A stretch of DNA of 64,000 nt from Squalus acanthias (GCA_030390025.1 CM059425.1:170068001-170132000); one strand, 5' to 3'. Positions 1-12,353 are shown, counted from the first letter of the stretch. Program-made: numbers and translations. Notes: generated by a model not told the origin, from the letters alone.

Positions 1-956
1 TGCTGCTGATGCCCCACAGCGCTTCATGGATGGCCAGTTTTGAGCTACTAGATCTGTTCTGAATCTATCCCATTTAGCGTGGTGGTAGTGCCACACAACA
101 CGATGGAGGATATCCTCCGTGTGAAGACGGAACTTCGTCTCCACAAGGACTGTGCGATGGTCACTCCTACCAATACTGTTATGGACAGATGCATCTGCGA
201 CAGGTAGATTGGTGAGGACGAGGTCTAGTAGTTTCTTTCCTTGTGTTGGTTATCTCACCATCTGCCACAAGCCCAGTCTGGCAGCTATGTCCTTCAGAAG
301 TCGGCTAGCTCGGACAATAGTGGTGCTACCGAGCCACTCTTGGTGATGGACATTGAAGTCACCCACCCAGAGTACATTCTGTGCCCTTGCTACTCTCAGT
401 GCTTCTTCCAAGCGGTGCTCAACATGGAGGAGTATTGATTCATCAGCTGAGAGAGGGCGGTAGGTGATAATCAGCAGGAGGTTTCCTTGCCTATGTTTGA
501 CCTGATGCCATGAGACGTCATGGGGTCCAGAGTCAAAGTTGAGGATTCCCAGAGCCACTCCTTCCCCACTGTATACCACTGTGCCATCATCTCTGGTGGG
601 TCTGTCCTGCCGGTGGGACAGGACATACCCAGGGATGGTGATGGAGGAATCTGGAACGTCGGCTGATAGATTTGATTCTGAGTATGATTATGTCAGGCTG
701 TTGCTTGACGAGTCTGTTACACAGCTCTCCCAATTTTGGCTCAAATCCCCAGATGTTGGTGAGGAGGACTTTGCAGGGTCGACTGGGCTGGGAGCGCCTT
801 TCCCGCAGCCGAATCCGATGCCTAGGTAGATGCTGGGTGGTCCATTCAGGTTTATTCTTATACTTTTCTGTAGCGGTTTGTTACAACTGAGTGACTTGCT
901 GGACCATTTCAGAAAGCAGTTAAGAGTCAACCACATTGCTGTGAGTCTGGAGTCAC
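1..956 (-). mobile_element. CR1-group LINE family B, 5' part (leader + APE endonuclease); cut by window edge and by HER1 insertion
   Basis: ORF 250-579 has APE motifs (YRP, GDFNVHH); collinear with 35650-36560 including the leader. Confidence 0.85.
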
Positions 957-2106
957 ATATAAGAACATAAGAAATAGGAGCAGGAGTAGGCCATTCGGCC
1001 CTTCGAGCCTGCTCCGCCATTCAATGAGATCATGGCTGATCTTCTGCCTCAACTCCATTCACCGGCCCTATCGCCATATCTCTTGATGCCCTTACTAGTC
1101 AGAAATCTATCGACTTCTGTTTTGAATATACCCAAATGACTGAGCCTCCACTGCCCTCTGGGGTAGAGAATACCAAAGATTCACCACCCTCTGTGTGAAG
1201 AAATTTCTTCTCATCTCAGTCCTGAATGGCCTACCCCTTATTCTGAGACTGTGGCCCCTGGTTCTAGACTCCCCAGCCAAGGGAAACATTCTCCCAGCAT
1301 CTACCCTGTCAAGCCCTGTAAGGATTTTGTATGTTTCAATGAGGTCACCTCTCATTCTTCTAAACTCTAGAGAATATAGGCCTAGTTTACTCAATCTCTT
1401 CTCATACGACAGTCCCGCCATCCCAGGAATCAGTCTGGTGAACCTTCGTTGCACTCCCTCTATGGCAAGTAAATCCTTCCTTCGGTGATGAGACGAACAC
1501 TGTACATAATACTTCAGGTGTGGTCTCACCAGGGCCCTATATGATTGCAGTAAGACAACTTTACTCTTATACTCAAATCATCTTGTAATAAAGGCCAACA
1601 TACCATTTGCTTTCTTAATTGCTTGCTGTACCTGCATATTAACTTTCAGTGATTCGTGTACAAGGACACCCAGGTCCCACTGAACACCAACATTTCCCAA
1701 TCTCTCACCATTTAAAAATACTCTGCTTTTCCATTTTTCCTACCAAAGTGGATAACTTCACATTTCTCCACATTATATTCCATTTGCCATGTTCTTGCAC
1801 ACTCACTTAGCCTGTCTATATCCCCTTGAAGCCTCTTTGCATCCTCCTCGCAACTTACATTCCCACCCAGCTTTGTATCATCAGCAAACTTGGATATATT
1901 ACATTTGGTCCCCTCATCCAAATCATTGATATAGATTGTGAATAGCTGAGGTCCAAGCACTGATTCTTGCGGTACCCCACTAGTTACAGCCTGCCAACCC
2001 GAAAATGACCCGTTTATTCCTACTCTCTGTTTTCTGTCCGTTAACCAATCCTTAATCCATGCTAGTATATTACACCCAATCCCATGATCCCTAATTTTGT
2101 TTAATA

Positions 2107-2348
2107 CAGTAAACTCTTTCTTATCCGGCACCTACGGGACCAGGATGGTGCCGGTTGATGAAAAATTCTGGATAACAGAGAGGTAGGCAATTTTTAACAC
2201 AAACAAAAATAAAAACCACTAACTCGGCCACCGCAGGAGACTCGGCAAAACGAATGCTGGATGAATTCGGCAAGATTACCGGTTATCTATTTTGCCGGTT
2301 ATTAAAGAATTCCGGATGATTAAGTGCCGTTTAAACAAGAGTTTACTG
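2107..2348. mobile_element. Tc1/mariner-superfamily (Tigger/pogo-like) MITE
   Basis: Imperfect ~28 bp TIRs CAGTAAACTCTT...AAGAGTTTACTG; TA duplicated at 2105-2106 and 2349-2350; LINE rejoins when removed. Confidence 0.85.
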
Positions 2349-2903
2349 TAACCTCTTGTGTGGCACCTTATCGAATGCCTTCTGAAAATCCAAATGCACC
2401 ACATCCACTGGTTCCCCCTTATCCTGCTAGTTACAACCTCAAAAAACTCTTAACAGATTCGTCAAACACGATTTCCCTTTTATAAATCCGTGTTGACTCT
2501 GCCCAATCCTACTATTATTTTCTAAGTGCCCTGTTACCACGTCCTTAATAATAGATTCGAGCATTTTCCCTACTACTGATGTCAGGCTAACGGGTCTGTA
2601 GTTTTTCGTTTTCTCTCTCCCTCCTTTCTTAAATTTGCTACCTTCCAATCTGCGGGAACCATTCTAGAATCTATGGAATTTTGGAAGATGACAACCAATG
2701 CATCTCTATAGCCACGTCTTTCAAAGCCCGAGGATGTAGGCCATCAGGTCCAGGAGATTTATCAGCTTTCAATCCCATTAATTTCTCCAGTACTATTTTT
2801 TAATAATACTAATTTCTTTCAGTTTCTCATTCTCACGAGACCCTTGGTTCTCCATTATTTTCGGGAGGGTTTTTGCGCCTTCTTCCATGAAGACAGACAC
2901 AAA

Positions 2904-3781
2904 GGGCTGGATTTTACCAGCCCTGAGGAGGCGTGTTTGGAGGCGGGACTGCTGGGAAAATCAAAAAGAATGGGAGCGGGACCCGGACCCGCTTCCAACC
3001 CGCCTCCAACCAATCTTCCCGGGAGTCGGGTCCCCGATTTGCGCAGGGACCCAACTCCTAGCGGTGGGAAGATGATTATAGCCACTTAACTGCCTGTTAA
3101 CAGGTAGTTAACAGGTAGTTAACAGGCAGTTAAGAGGCTTTCCCCAATTTTTCGACAGCTGCTGTGGGCTTCCCGATGTCGGGGAACCCCGCCAGGGTAA
3201 GTGAGGCGTGCTGTGGGTCTGTTGTTATGTTGGTGTTTGGATGACAGCTGCAGAAGTGGTGTGAAGGATGCAATGGGACAATGGTTAGTATCAGAGGTAA
3301 GGAAATGTTGGGAAAGTAATTTTTAATGTGGTTAGATGTTTCTGCAGGTGACAAGCTGTGAAGTGTTTGTGTAGCCTCATCTCATCGGGAGAAGTGACAG
3401 ATCGCTTCTGCAATCTCAGCTGCAGCTGCCATCTGTTTTATCCTAAGGAGAGAGTAATTAGAGAGCCTGGGTGAAAGGGCTTACCTTTGGACAGTGATTG
3501 TCAGTGTTTGACAGCACCTCAATGCTGTCAAACACTGACACTTCAGCTGTCAAACAAGTGTGGTGTATATGCCTTTAAGAAAACCGGCAGATGAAGCGTC
3601 ACCAACTGATGTCATCTGACACCGGCTTTCCCTTAATTGACCGGCAAGCCCACAGGGCGGGCTTAACAAGGCCAATCAGGGCAAAATAGCGTCTGTTTCT
3701 CAGACATTGCTGGGGGTGGGACTAGAACCCGGAAGGCAGCAGTTCCACCCCCAACTCATCTCGTTAAGTAAAATCCAGCCC
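2904..3781. mobile_element. Non-autonomous PIF/Harbinger element
   Basis: TIRs GGGCTGGATTTTAC / GTAAAATCCAGCCC; 3 bp TSD AAA; LINE rejoins as GACACAAAGTATTTG. Confidence 0.88.
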
Positions 3782-4259
3782 AAAGTATTTGTTTAATTTC
3801 TCTGCCATCTCCTTATTCTCCATTATAATTTCTCCTGTCTCAGCCCACATTTGCTTTTGCCAATCTTTTCCTTTTTACATACCTATAGAAGCTTTTAGGG
3901 GGAAAAATTCAGTATCACCCCATTTGGGGCGCCATTATCGGCCGTGCGCAAAGTTTAGCGCCTGGCGCTAATTATCGCCTCCGACTGCAAACTTGGCTTT
4001 TATCGCCCCCTGGAGGTGATTGGAGCGCTAAATCAGGCGCTACACACCTGTCTTAAGGCGCAAAGGCCGAGGAGTGAGGTGCTAACTCAAAGTGCGGGCG
4101 CAGCGCAGGTGCTGTCAGTTAGCGATGGAACACAGACACACTGGCACCGAACAGTTCTTAAAGGGGAGGGTCGATCTTGCTCTCCTGCCACACCCTGCTC
4201 ATTGGAGCCTTGAATCTAGGCCTGGAGAGACCTGTGCCTAAATCTTCCAGCCAAGGACT

Positions 4260-6190
4260 ATGGAGAGGGTGAGAGAATGAGCTCAGCGTTTCAGCGAGCG
4301 GGCCTTGGATGCTCTGGTTGGCGCGGTGGAGCGCAGAAGATCTATACTCTTCCCTGAGAGTGGCAGGAGGCCTTTGCCGCGCGAGTACAGAAGAGTGTGG
4401 AGGGAGATGGCTCAGAGCGTCTCCTCCAGGAGCATGGTGCCCAGGACCCATACTCAATGTCGAAAAAAGTTCAACGACCTCACTCGGGTCGTCAGGGTGA
4501 GTGTTTTTTTTCTCAATACCTCTCCGTCCCTCCATCTCAACCTTACTCTATGGCCAGAGGGTCTTAAAACCCCAATGCCCAACACTCATCCAACACCTAT
4601 GGCCCTCTCATGAAACACACACACACATTCCACACTTTGCATACAGTAAGGGCTATTCACCTATGGGAGGCACATCAGGCAAGACCATGGCTGCATACAG
4701 TAAGGGCTATTCACCTATGGGAGGCACATCAGGCAAGACCATGGCTGCATACAGTAAGGGCTATTCACCTATGGGAGGCACATCAGGCAACACCATGGCT
4801 GCATACAGTAAGGGCTATTCACCTATGGGAGGCACATCAGGCAACACCATGGCTGTATATTTACTCAGACGCCGTCCTTTTTCTTGCAGGCCAAGCTATC
4901 TCATAATAGGAGACAGCAGCAACGGACGAGTGGAGGGCGGCCTCAGCTGCAACCCCTCAGCGATCTTGAGGCGCGCGTCCACAGGATTATGGCAAGCCAG
5001 GTGATCGGTCCCGTCGCACCTGGAGAGGCCGACCCCGTTCTGGACAGCAATGGTAAGGTCATCACCTTTTTCTCCTCTCTCCTTCCACTTGTCCCTCACA
5101 ACACCAGCCTTTGACACTTTCAATCCAACTTACTAAATCGCTGCATTCATTCCTCCCTTACTGCCCCCCTGTCCTCACGCTAAAGCCACTCTTGTACCTC
5201 CCTGCTTTCAGATGGTGATTCATCAGCTGAGGAGACGGGCTCTCAAGCTGCCAGTGTGAGTGAAGCTGCAGGTGAGGAGGAAGATGAAGCCGGAGCATCA
5301 GCGCCACCCTCTCCCGAGGAAGCCCATGCCCACACTGGGAACACGCCTTCCCTGGAGGGGAGCAGGGGGGAAGGGTCTGATGAGGGTGAAGCTCCAGGAC
5401 CCAGCGGGCTGCAGAAACGCGATGGGGGTAGGGAAACTCGGGGGCAGGTAAGCTCGGGGGCCTTCTCCCCGGAGGGAGAGTATGCCACCGAGTCCAGAGG
5501 AGGAGCGGCTCATCGCTGAAATGAACACCCAGGTGGTGGACATGCACACTGAGCTCATGGGTGCAGTGGGAAGGGTGCCCGAATGCATTGAATCACTGGC
5601 AAGGAGTGTGGAGCACTTCGCTGTAGCACAGGCGGATGCCACGCTAAAGCTTAGTGTTGCAATTCAGTCACTGGCTGCCATGACCCCATCTCAGACTGCT
5701 CTCATGCAGACTCAGATTGAGGTCACGCAAGCACTGACTGCTGCCATCGTCGCTGGTTCGGACACATTTCCCTGGGGCACTCACCGCGCCGCAGCAGGCC
5801 AGCAATCTGTGCTCCAGCAGATTGCTCCGGATGCTGAAGTGCTGCCCCGTGGGAGTGCCAGTGTGTCGGTCGAGCAGGGAGTTGCTGTCCTCTCTCAAGA
5901 TGACAGCATTCCTGCTGCCACCACTGTCACTTCTCCATTGCACTTGCCACTGCCTGTAGGCCAGACTGCTGCCGCCCATGCAGAGTTGGTGCAGTCTGCA
6001 GCCGGGCCCTCCAGGCCCAGAGCTGGTTGAGGCTGTCCTTCAAGGGCATCTGCAGTCTCAGGTTCTGACAATCAGCAGCCTTCCACCAGCCTTGCTGCAG
6101 CCACTGGGGTCCCATTACGGAGGAGCAGTAGGGTGGGAAGGGGGGGAAGTGCGCAAGGGAAGGAGATCACCCTCGAAGGGCAAAAAGTAG
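4260..6190 (+). pseudogene. Harbinger Myb/SANT DNA-binding protein gene, 3 exons (4260-4496, 4890-5052, 5212-~6190)
   Basis: RFSERALDALV...W..MA...RTHTQCRKKFNDL; GT-AG junctions in compatible phase; early TGA and a frameshift near 5480. Confidence 0.8.
4638..4853. repeat. 54 bp tandem repeat x4 in Myb intron 1
   Basis: Unit TGCATACAGTAAGGGCTATTCACCTATGGGAGGCACATCAGGCAA(G/C)ACCATGGC starting at 4638, 4692, 4746, 4800. Confidence 0.95.
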
Positions 6191-6414
6191 GAGGTGTGAC
6201 AAAATGTTTGTCAATTTTTTATTAAAGGCCAAGGTTCGTGGTCAAACTTTTGTTTAGTGTTTTGGACATTATCTCCAGGTTGTGAGAACCAGTTATGTTA
6301 ATGACTGGTTTTTTGTGTTTCTTTCTATTAGTTTGTCATGAAGAAATGACACACACAGAGTTTGTAAAATAAATAAGTTTTTGTATTCAAAATGTACGTG
6401 TTTGGTCTTTGGAA

Positions 6415-7674
6415 TCATTGTTGCCTTGGCCGGCTTAGGGGTTGCGGGTTGGTTTCATTCATGTTGTTCTCAATGGCAGAAGCCATTTCCTCAGCAGGGG
6501 CCGATAAGCGGCTTGCTATCAGCCGTTGATGGACGGCCCTTCCAGTTTCAACATTGTGGGCCTCCCTCCCGCCTTGGTGCTGCTGATGATCATCCTCCTC
6601 CTTTTCCTCCTCCTCTTCCTCCACCTCCTCCGGTGGTGCTCCAAGGCCTGGTGGCATTGGCTGGGTCCTGAGGATTGCCAGGTTATGCAGCATGCAGCAC
6701 ACAACTATGAAGAGGGGGACTCGCTCAGGCGAGTACTGCAGGGCTCCTCCTGAGTGGTCCAGACAGCGGAACCATTGCTTGAGCACGCCGATTGTGTGCT
6801 CAATGATGTTCCTGGTGGCGAGATGGCTGTCATTGTACCGCAGCTCAGCAGGGGTGTTGGGGGTACGGAGCGGTGTCATCAGCCAGGTGCACAGTGGATA
6901 ACCCTTGTCCCCGAGAAGCCAACCACTTGGGTGATGTGGTGCCTGGAAAAGGTCTGCCACAGCAGTCTGGCGCAGGATGAATGCATCGTGGCTGCTGCCA
7001 GGATAGCGGGCATTGACAGCGAGTATCAGCTGTCTGTGGTCACAGACCAACTGGACGTTTAAGGAGTGGAATCCCTTTCAGTTGCGGAAATCCTCTGCAT
7101 TCTCATGCGGTGCATGCAATGCCACATGCGTGCAGTCAATGGCGCCCTGCACCATGGGGAAGCCCGCTATCCTTGCAAAGCCCAATGCGCGTTCATGCTG
7201 TTTGGCCCGGGTCAGCGGGAAAGAGATGTACTGTCATCTCCTTTTATAGAGGGCATTTGTGACCTGCCGGATGCAGCAATGGACAGCAAACTGGGAGATA
7301 TTAGCGATGTCCCCAGTAGCTGCTTGAAAGGAGCCAGTGGCATAAAAGTTCAGAGCCACTGTGATCTTCACTGCCACCGAGAGAGACATCCTGGTCCTCA
7401 GTAGAGGCTGCAGATCTGGCTGCTGCAGGTGGCAGAGCTCAGTGACCACTTCCTTGCTAAAGCGCAGCCTTTGCAAACACTGCTCCTCAGACATATTAAT
7501 GTAGGAGAATTGTTGGCGAAATACCCTGGGAGGGTAAGGTCTCCTGTACAGAGGCTTGTTGGCCCTCCTCTGTCTGGCCATGATTGCCACTCTCTCTCTC
7601 CGTCTCTGTGGTCTCCGAATCTGCCAGCGCAGGCGATGCCCCCAATCAGTGCAGCCCCCACAGTCTCTTGGCAA
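6415..7674 (-). pseudogene. Harbinger (HARBI1-like) DDE transposase, disrupted
   Basis: CLQRLRF, GAIDCTH, PGSSHD, GDKGYP, IEHTIG, CCMLHN; frameshift near 7235 and a stop near 7080. Confidence 0.9.
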
Positions 7675-8110
7675 TCAAAGTAATGAAGGTCAAAAACAAA
7701 AGTACCTGCAAAGTGATGCTCAGTAGCCAAAACTACTTCACACAGCGTTGACTCTATGCAGAAGTCTCTCCTTCTCTCTCTCAGAATCTCTCTCTCTGTC
7801 AGAACGAGTGGTGCAAAAATGTCTACCACAGAAAAAGCCAGGAAGAGGCCGCGTTTAAATAGCGCCACCCCCAGCCCCACAGTGACTGGGAAACATTCTA
7901 GTCTACCTGTCGTTGCTTGCACCAGGCGGAAAGGAGGGTGTTGCCACTCAATATCCGCTCCGGGGCACCACAAGGGCGTTGCACACTCGAATGATGTCAA
8001 GATCTGTGTGCGCAGGAGATCGGGGCGGTATTGTTTAGATTGGCTGTTGTTGGTGTTGAGTACTGAGGCTGTCGCAGCGATGCCGTCATCGTGGGGGATA
8101 TTGGTGTAGA

Positions 8111-9436
8111 GTGCCGATACGTCCATCAGCACTCTACACCAACAACAGCCAATCTCCAGACGCCATCCTACAACTCATCCGCTTCATCCTTGACTACAAT
8201 GTCTTCACCTTCGACAACCAGTTTTTTACCCAAACACACGGAACAGCCATGGGGACCAAATTCGCACCCCAATACGCCAACATCTTCATGCACAAGTTCG
8301 AGCAAGACTTCTTCGCTGCACAGGACCTCCAACCAACGCTGTACACCAGATACATCGACGACATTTTCTTCCTTTGGACCCACGGCGAAGGATCACTGAA
8401 AGGACTACACGATAACATCAACAGGTTCCATCCCACCATCAAACTCACCATGGACTACTCCTCAGAATCGGTTTCATTCTTGGACACACGACTCTCCATC
8501 AAAGACGGACACCTCAGCACTTCACTCTACCGCAAGCCCACGGACAACCTCACGATGCTCCACTTCTCCAGCTTCCACCCTAACCATGTTAAAGAAGCCA
8601 TCCCCTATGGACAAGCCCTGCGAATACACAGGATCTGCTCAGACAAGGAGGAACGCGATGGACACCTACGGACGATGAAAGACGCCCTCGTAAGAACGGG
8701 ATATGACGCTCGACTCGTCGATCGACAGTTCCGATGGGCCACAGCGAAAAACCGCATAGACCTCCACAGAAGGCGAACACGGGACACAACCAACAGAGTA
8801 CCCTACGTCGTCCAGTACTTCCCCGGAGCGGAGAAACTACGCCATGTTCTTCGCAACCTTCAACATGTCATCGATGACGACGAACACCTTGCTAAGGCCA
8901 TCCCCACGCCTCCACTACTCACCTTCAAGCAGCCGCCTAACCTCAAAAGTACCATCGTTCGCAGCAAATTACCCAGCTGTCAGGAGAACAGCGACCACGA
9001 CACCACACAACCCTGCCACGGCAACCTCTGCAAGACATGCCAGATCATCAACATGGACACCATCATCACACGTGAGGACACCACCCACCAGGTACATGGT
9101 ACATACTCATGTGACTCGGCCAACGTTGTCTACCTCATACGTTGCAGGAAAGGATTCCCCGGAGCATGGTACATCGGCGAGACCATGCAGACACTGAGAC
9201 AACGTATGAACGGACACCGCGCAACAATCGCCAGGCAGGATTGTTACCTCCCAGTCGGGGAACACTTCAGCAGTCAAGGACATTCAGCCTCGGATCTGCG
9301 GGTTAACGTTCTCCAAGGCGGCCTTCGAGATACACGACAATGCAAAATCATCGAGCAGAAACTGATAGCCAAGTTCCGCACCCATGAGGATGGCCTCAAT
9401 AGGGATCTCGGGTTCATGTCACGCTACAGAACGTGA
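8111..9436 (+). CDS. Penelope-like RT C-terminal part + GIY-YIG endonuclease (N-truncated, uninterrupted)
   Basis: GTAMG, RYIDD, FLD, YRKPT; VVYLIRC...YIGET...RMNGH...HF...E...GLN. Confidence 0.88.
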   Translation: MPIRPSALYTNNSQSPDAILQLIRFILDYNVFTFDNQFFTQTHGTAMGTKFAPQYANIFMHKFEQDFFAAQDLQPTLYTRYIDDIFFLWTHGEGSLKGLHDNINRFHPTIKLTMDYSSESVSFLDTRLSIKDGHLSTSLYRKPTDNLTMLHFSSFHPNHVKEAIPYGQALRIHRICSDKEERDGHLRTMKDALVRTGYDARLVDRQFRWATAKNRIDLHRRRTRDTTNRVPYVVQYFPGAEKLRHVLRNLQHVIDDDEHLAKAIPTPPLLTFKQPPNLKSTIVRSKLPSCQENSDHDTTQPCHGNLCKTCQIINMDTIITREDTTHQVHGTYSCDSANVVYLIRCRKGFPGAWYIGETMQTLRQRMNGHRATIARQDCYLPVGEHFSSQGHSASDLRVNVLQGGLRDTRQCKIIEQKLIAKFRTHEDGLNRDLGFMSRYRT

Positions 9437-9681
9437 CTCGACATCGTTGTCTGTCTTTCCAGTTTAAAAAAAAACAAACAAAAAAAACCAAACAAAAAAA
9501 AAGTTAGGAGCTCAACTGCAGACGGCAGCATTTGACACGTTGGACCCCCTGTGACCCACCTCATTGTCTTGGCTGTGCTCTGATGTGTCTTTGATGTAGT
9601 GCCTTCCTGACGGATTGTATCTCTGCAGACAAGTCGCTCTCTGTGTATATATACTGTGTATTAGATTCCCTCACTGTACCT

Positions 9682-9719
9682 TTACCTGACGAAGGAGCAG
9701 CAGCTCCGAAAGCTCGTAA
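9682..9719 (+). ncRNA. Minimal type I hammerhead ribozyme
   Basis: TTAC-CTGACGA-A-GGAGC(AGCA)GCTCC-GAA-AGCT-C-GTAA: stem I TTAC/GTAA, conserved core, stem II, palindromic stem III. Confidence 0.8.
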
Positions 9720-9809
9720 TTTTAAATAAAATTGTTGGACTATAACCTGGTATTGTGCGACTTCTCATTTTTGTCCACCCCAGTCCAACACCGGCATCTC
9801 CGCATCATG

Positions 9810-10290
9810 ATTATAGGAAAGACAGTAAAGCCATAGAGAACATACAGCTTAAATTTACCAGGATGATGCCGGGGTGGAAAATTAGAGTTGTGAAGAGAGA
9901 CTTGAGATACTGGAACTATTTCCACTGAAGCAAAGATGCCTAAGAGGAGACGTAATAGAGGTTTTATAAATATGGTTTTAATAAAATGAATAGGAAAAGA
10001 TTATTTCCTCTGCTTAGGTAGTCAGTGTGTGTCATCAATTTAAAATTGTCACCAAGGCAATGAGGAGAAATTTCTTTACACAGAAGGTTGTTGGAGCATG
10101 GAATGGTTTGCCACAGGAAATGGTTGAGCCAGAGACCATTACATCTTTTAAGGGAACATTGAATAACTATTTGAAGCAAAGGAATAGGCGGGTCTATGCG
10201 GGTAGAGAGGGGCTGTTGAATTAGTTTTGAATTGCTCAAGCAAAGAGCCAGCATAGATGTGATGGGTTGAATGGCATTTAAATATGGCTC
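9810..10290 (+). mobile_element. Old CR1 LINE 3' fragment
   Basis: RRNFFTQKVVGAWNGLP motif, diverged. Confidence 0.7.
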
Positions 10291-11399
10291 CACTCCTTTG
10301 TTGAACCTCTTCCAACAGAATATCTAAACTATCATCATTGACAGAGAGATGTCTGCCCACATGCCCTCATTGGCCTTCCATGCCTGTTCTTCAATTCATC
10401 CCAAACAACCAGCTATGTTAAAAAGGAGCAGCAACCCTTTGAGAGTAGTCACAGGAGTCAAATCAATCATTTAATCTTTTCTTTAAAATACAAATCTCAT
10501 GTTCACATCTCAGGTTTGTTCTGAACTCAATAGCTCTCCATAAAGGAGCCATTAAGACCTTGGTCCTGGGATTGCTTGATGCTGGTGCAGATGGTGCCAT
10601 CACAAGTGTCTTTATGCTGAAACATGTCAATATTAAAAAGCAATTCTTCAAACATAAAATACAAAGAAGGTATTTTGTACCCATTTGTTGAAAGTTTCAT
10701 GTTTCTTTCAACGGGACCAACATAATCATAATGGCAAAAAGAGGGACGTGGTGACTCATTCAATACCAAAATACCCAAAGAGCATGAGTTCAGGTCCACA
10801 ATTTTACCTGTGCCTCTGTGGTAAGGCCTTGCACAGAGAGCAAGATCTTTGCCAAAATCTGTCTATCAGAACCCAAGCCATACCTTGTGCTTCATGTTGC
10901 AGAACAATATTGCTGAAAACTGCGAGTGATTCATGGTGCACAGAGATCTAGATAGGGAGAAGGAAGAAAACAATATTACTCTTCACAAAAATATCAGTAG
11001 GAATAATATTCCTATGCTTGTGAATTATGATCCACATTCAGTCGATCACCATGTTCTTCACAGTTTAATGTAGACATTTAATTTTTAATGAGAACAGCTG
11101 CACTGAATGCACAAGGATTGCACCTGTTGTCCTGGAAGAACCTTTTCTTTCACTATTATAAAACCATAAATTTAAATCATAAAGCTTTTATTTTCAAAGC
11201 AAAATATTCAAAATCCTTTCACAATTGTCTTTTGTGTCAATTGTTTGGGGAAATACAGAATTACAAAATGTAACCATCACAATAAATCTTCTCCCACCCT
11301 ACCACATTCAACCCTGCTTTCTTTTAGTCTAAATGCCTACATGCGTCCTCCATAATAACAATCTGTTTTAGTTTAATATACACCCTTTCCATTTGTACA

Positions 11400-12340
11400 C
11401 CCCTTCCAATAAGGTGCCCTTCTACAAGTTTCTCATACCTGCAACTCGGAAATGTGTCTCCCAAGAGGATGAGGCTGGTATCAGAGAAACAGGAAGCAGT
11501 TCCGATCAAATGAAAACCCTACATTCATCAGTTCCCACAAGTATCAGCACAAGAACAGCTACTTTGGGTAATCGGATTGGGGCCGTCAAGAGGAAGCACC
11601 TGAGTGAAGCAGCACCAAGCAGTAGTCATCAGAGGTGGCAGCAGATGAGCAGCTACAAGAGGAAGGGAGGGTTAAGGGCAGATAGCCAGCTGTTGCCGTA
11701 CCCACAGAATTGTACCTTATAGGGGTTACATGCCAAACTGCATTGATTAATCAGCAGAAGCCCTTCATGTGGTCCTTTGAGAATCTTCAGAGCTGCCTGG
11801 ATGGAATGGCAAAGAGCATGCAACAGCCCTTCTCTGACATCTATGTTGCCAGGTGAGAGGGGATCAGCTTGAGAGGATCTTGATGGCAGACTTCACACTC
11901 TTATTGCCAAACAAGAGTCTTTCCCCATACAGATCCCTAGTTATTAACAAGGAGCAGCCAGTACATGAGGGATAGCAAGAGGAGAAACGGATGATGACTT
12001 GACGTCTCAAGGTAATGACCCATCCATCCCTACCACCGGGACCTCTCAGAGGACTGTAAAAGGAAGTTGGGAAGAGGAGTAGTTGGCAATAGTGGCAGGA
12101 CCATTAGGGCATTCATCACAAGTGAGTCATCATATTCCCTTGGAGGAACAGCAACATGCCACCATGATGGTTCTTTCCACTGAGGTTGCACTTAGAAGAA
12201 ACATGATATTAGGAAGTACATGACACGTACCCTACAATATCAGTAAGGGCAAACATTGTGAAAGCAAATATTGATGCAGGGACACACATGGAGCAGCGCA
12301 ATAAACTGGTTCCACCTCCTTTGAAATGTTTGGTGTTGAG
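11400..12340 (+). mobile_element. Very old Harbinger Myb-gene 3' exon remnant
   Basis: Patchy similarity to 40400-41300 (e.g. CTGAGGTTGCACTTAGAAGAA vs CTGAGGTTGCCCTGCGTAGAAG). Confidence 0.35.
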
Positions 12341-12353
12341 TTATTAGTCACAA

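Larger units (their letters stand above)
957..3897 (-). mobile_element. CR1/HER1 LINE, 5'-truncated, decayed ORF2 RT, two nested DNA elements
   Basis: Short-repeat 3' tail at ~957-975; ORFs 1107-1529, 1712-2131, 2439-2648 with YRPVSLTS, GVPQ-SVLGP, FADD. Confidence 0.92.
3898..8030. mobile_element. Autonomous-type PIF/Harbinger transposon, decayed, right end lost at Penelope insertion
   Basis: Left TIR GGGGGAAAAATTCAG; repeated GGCGCT/AGCGCC subterminal motifs; convergent Myb/SANT gene and DDE transposase. Confidence 0.9.
8031..9790 (+). mobile_element. Penelope-like retroelement, 5'-truncated with short inverted 5' segment and hammerhead-bearing 3' repeat
   Basis: RT + GIY-YIG ORF; hammerhead at 9682; inverted RT segment at ~8038-8125. 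Confidence 0.9.

Noticed and set aside
4638..4853. CRISPR-like array or repeat protein (ORF 4501-5004)
   Set aside because: Head-to-tail units without spacers, no cas genes, eukaryotic context; lies in a GT-AG intron
6415..7674. Domesticated host genes HARBI1/NAIF1
   Set aside because: Stops, frameshifts, TIR and related MITEs show a decayed transposon
7398..8132. 244 aa minus-strand ORF as a novel RT fusion protein
   Set aside because: Chance read-through from the inverted Penelope fragment into Harbinger sequence in a non-transposase frame
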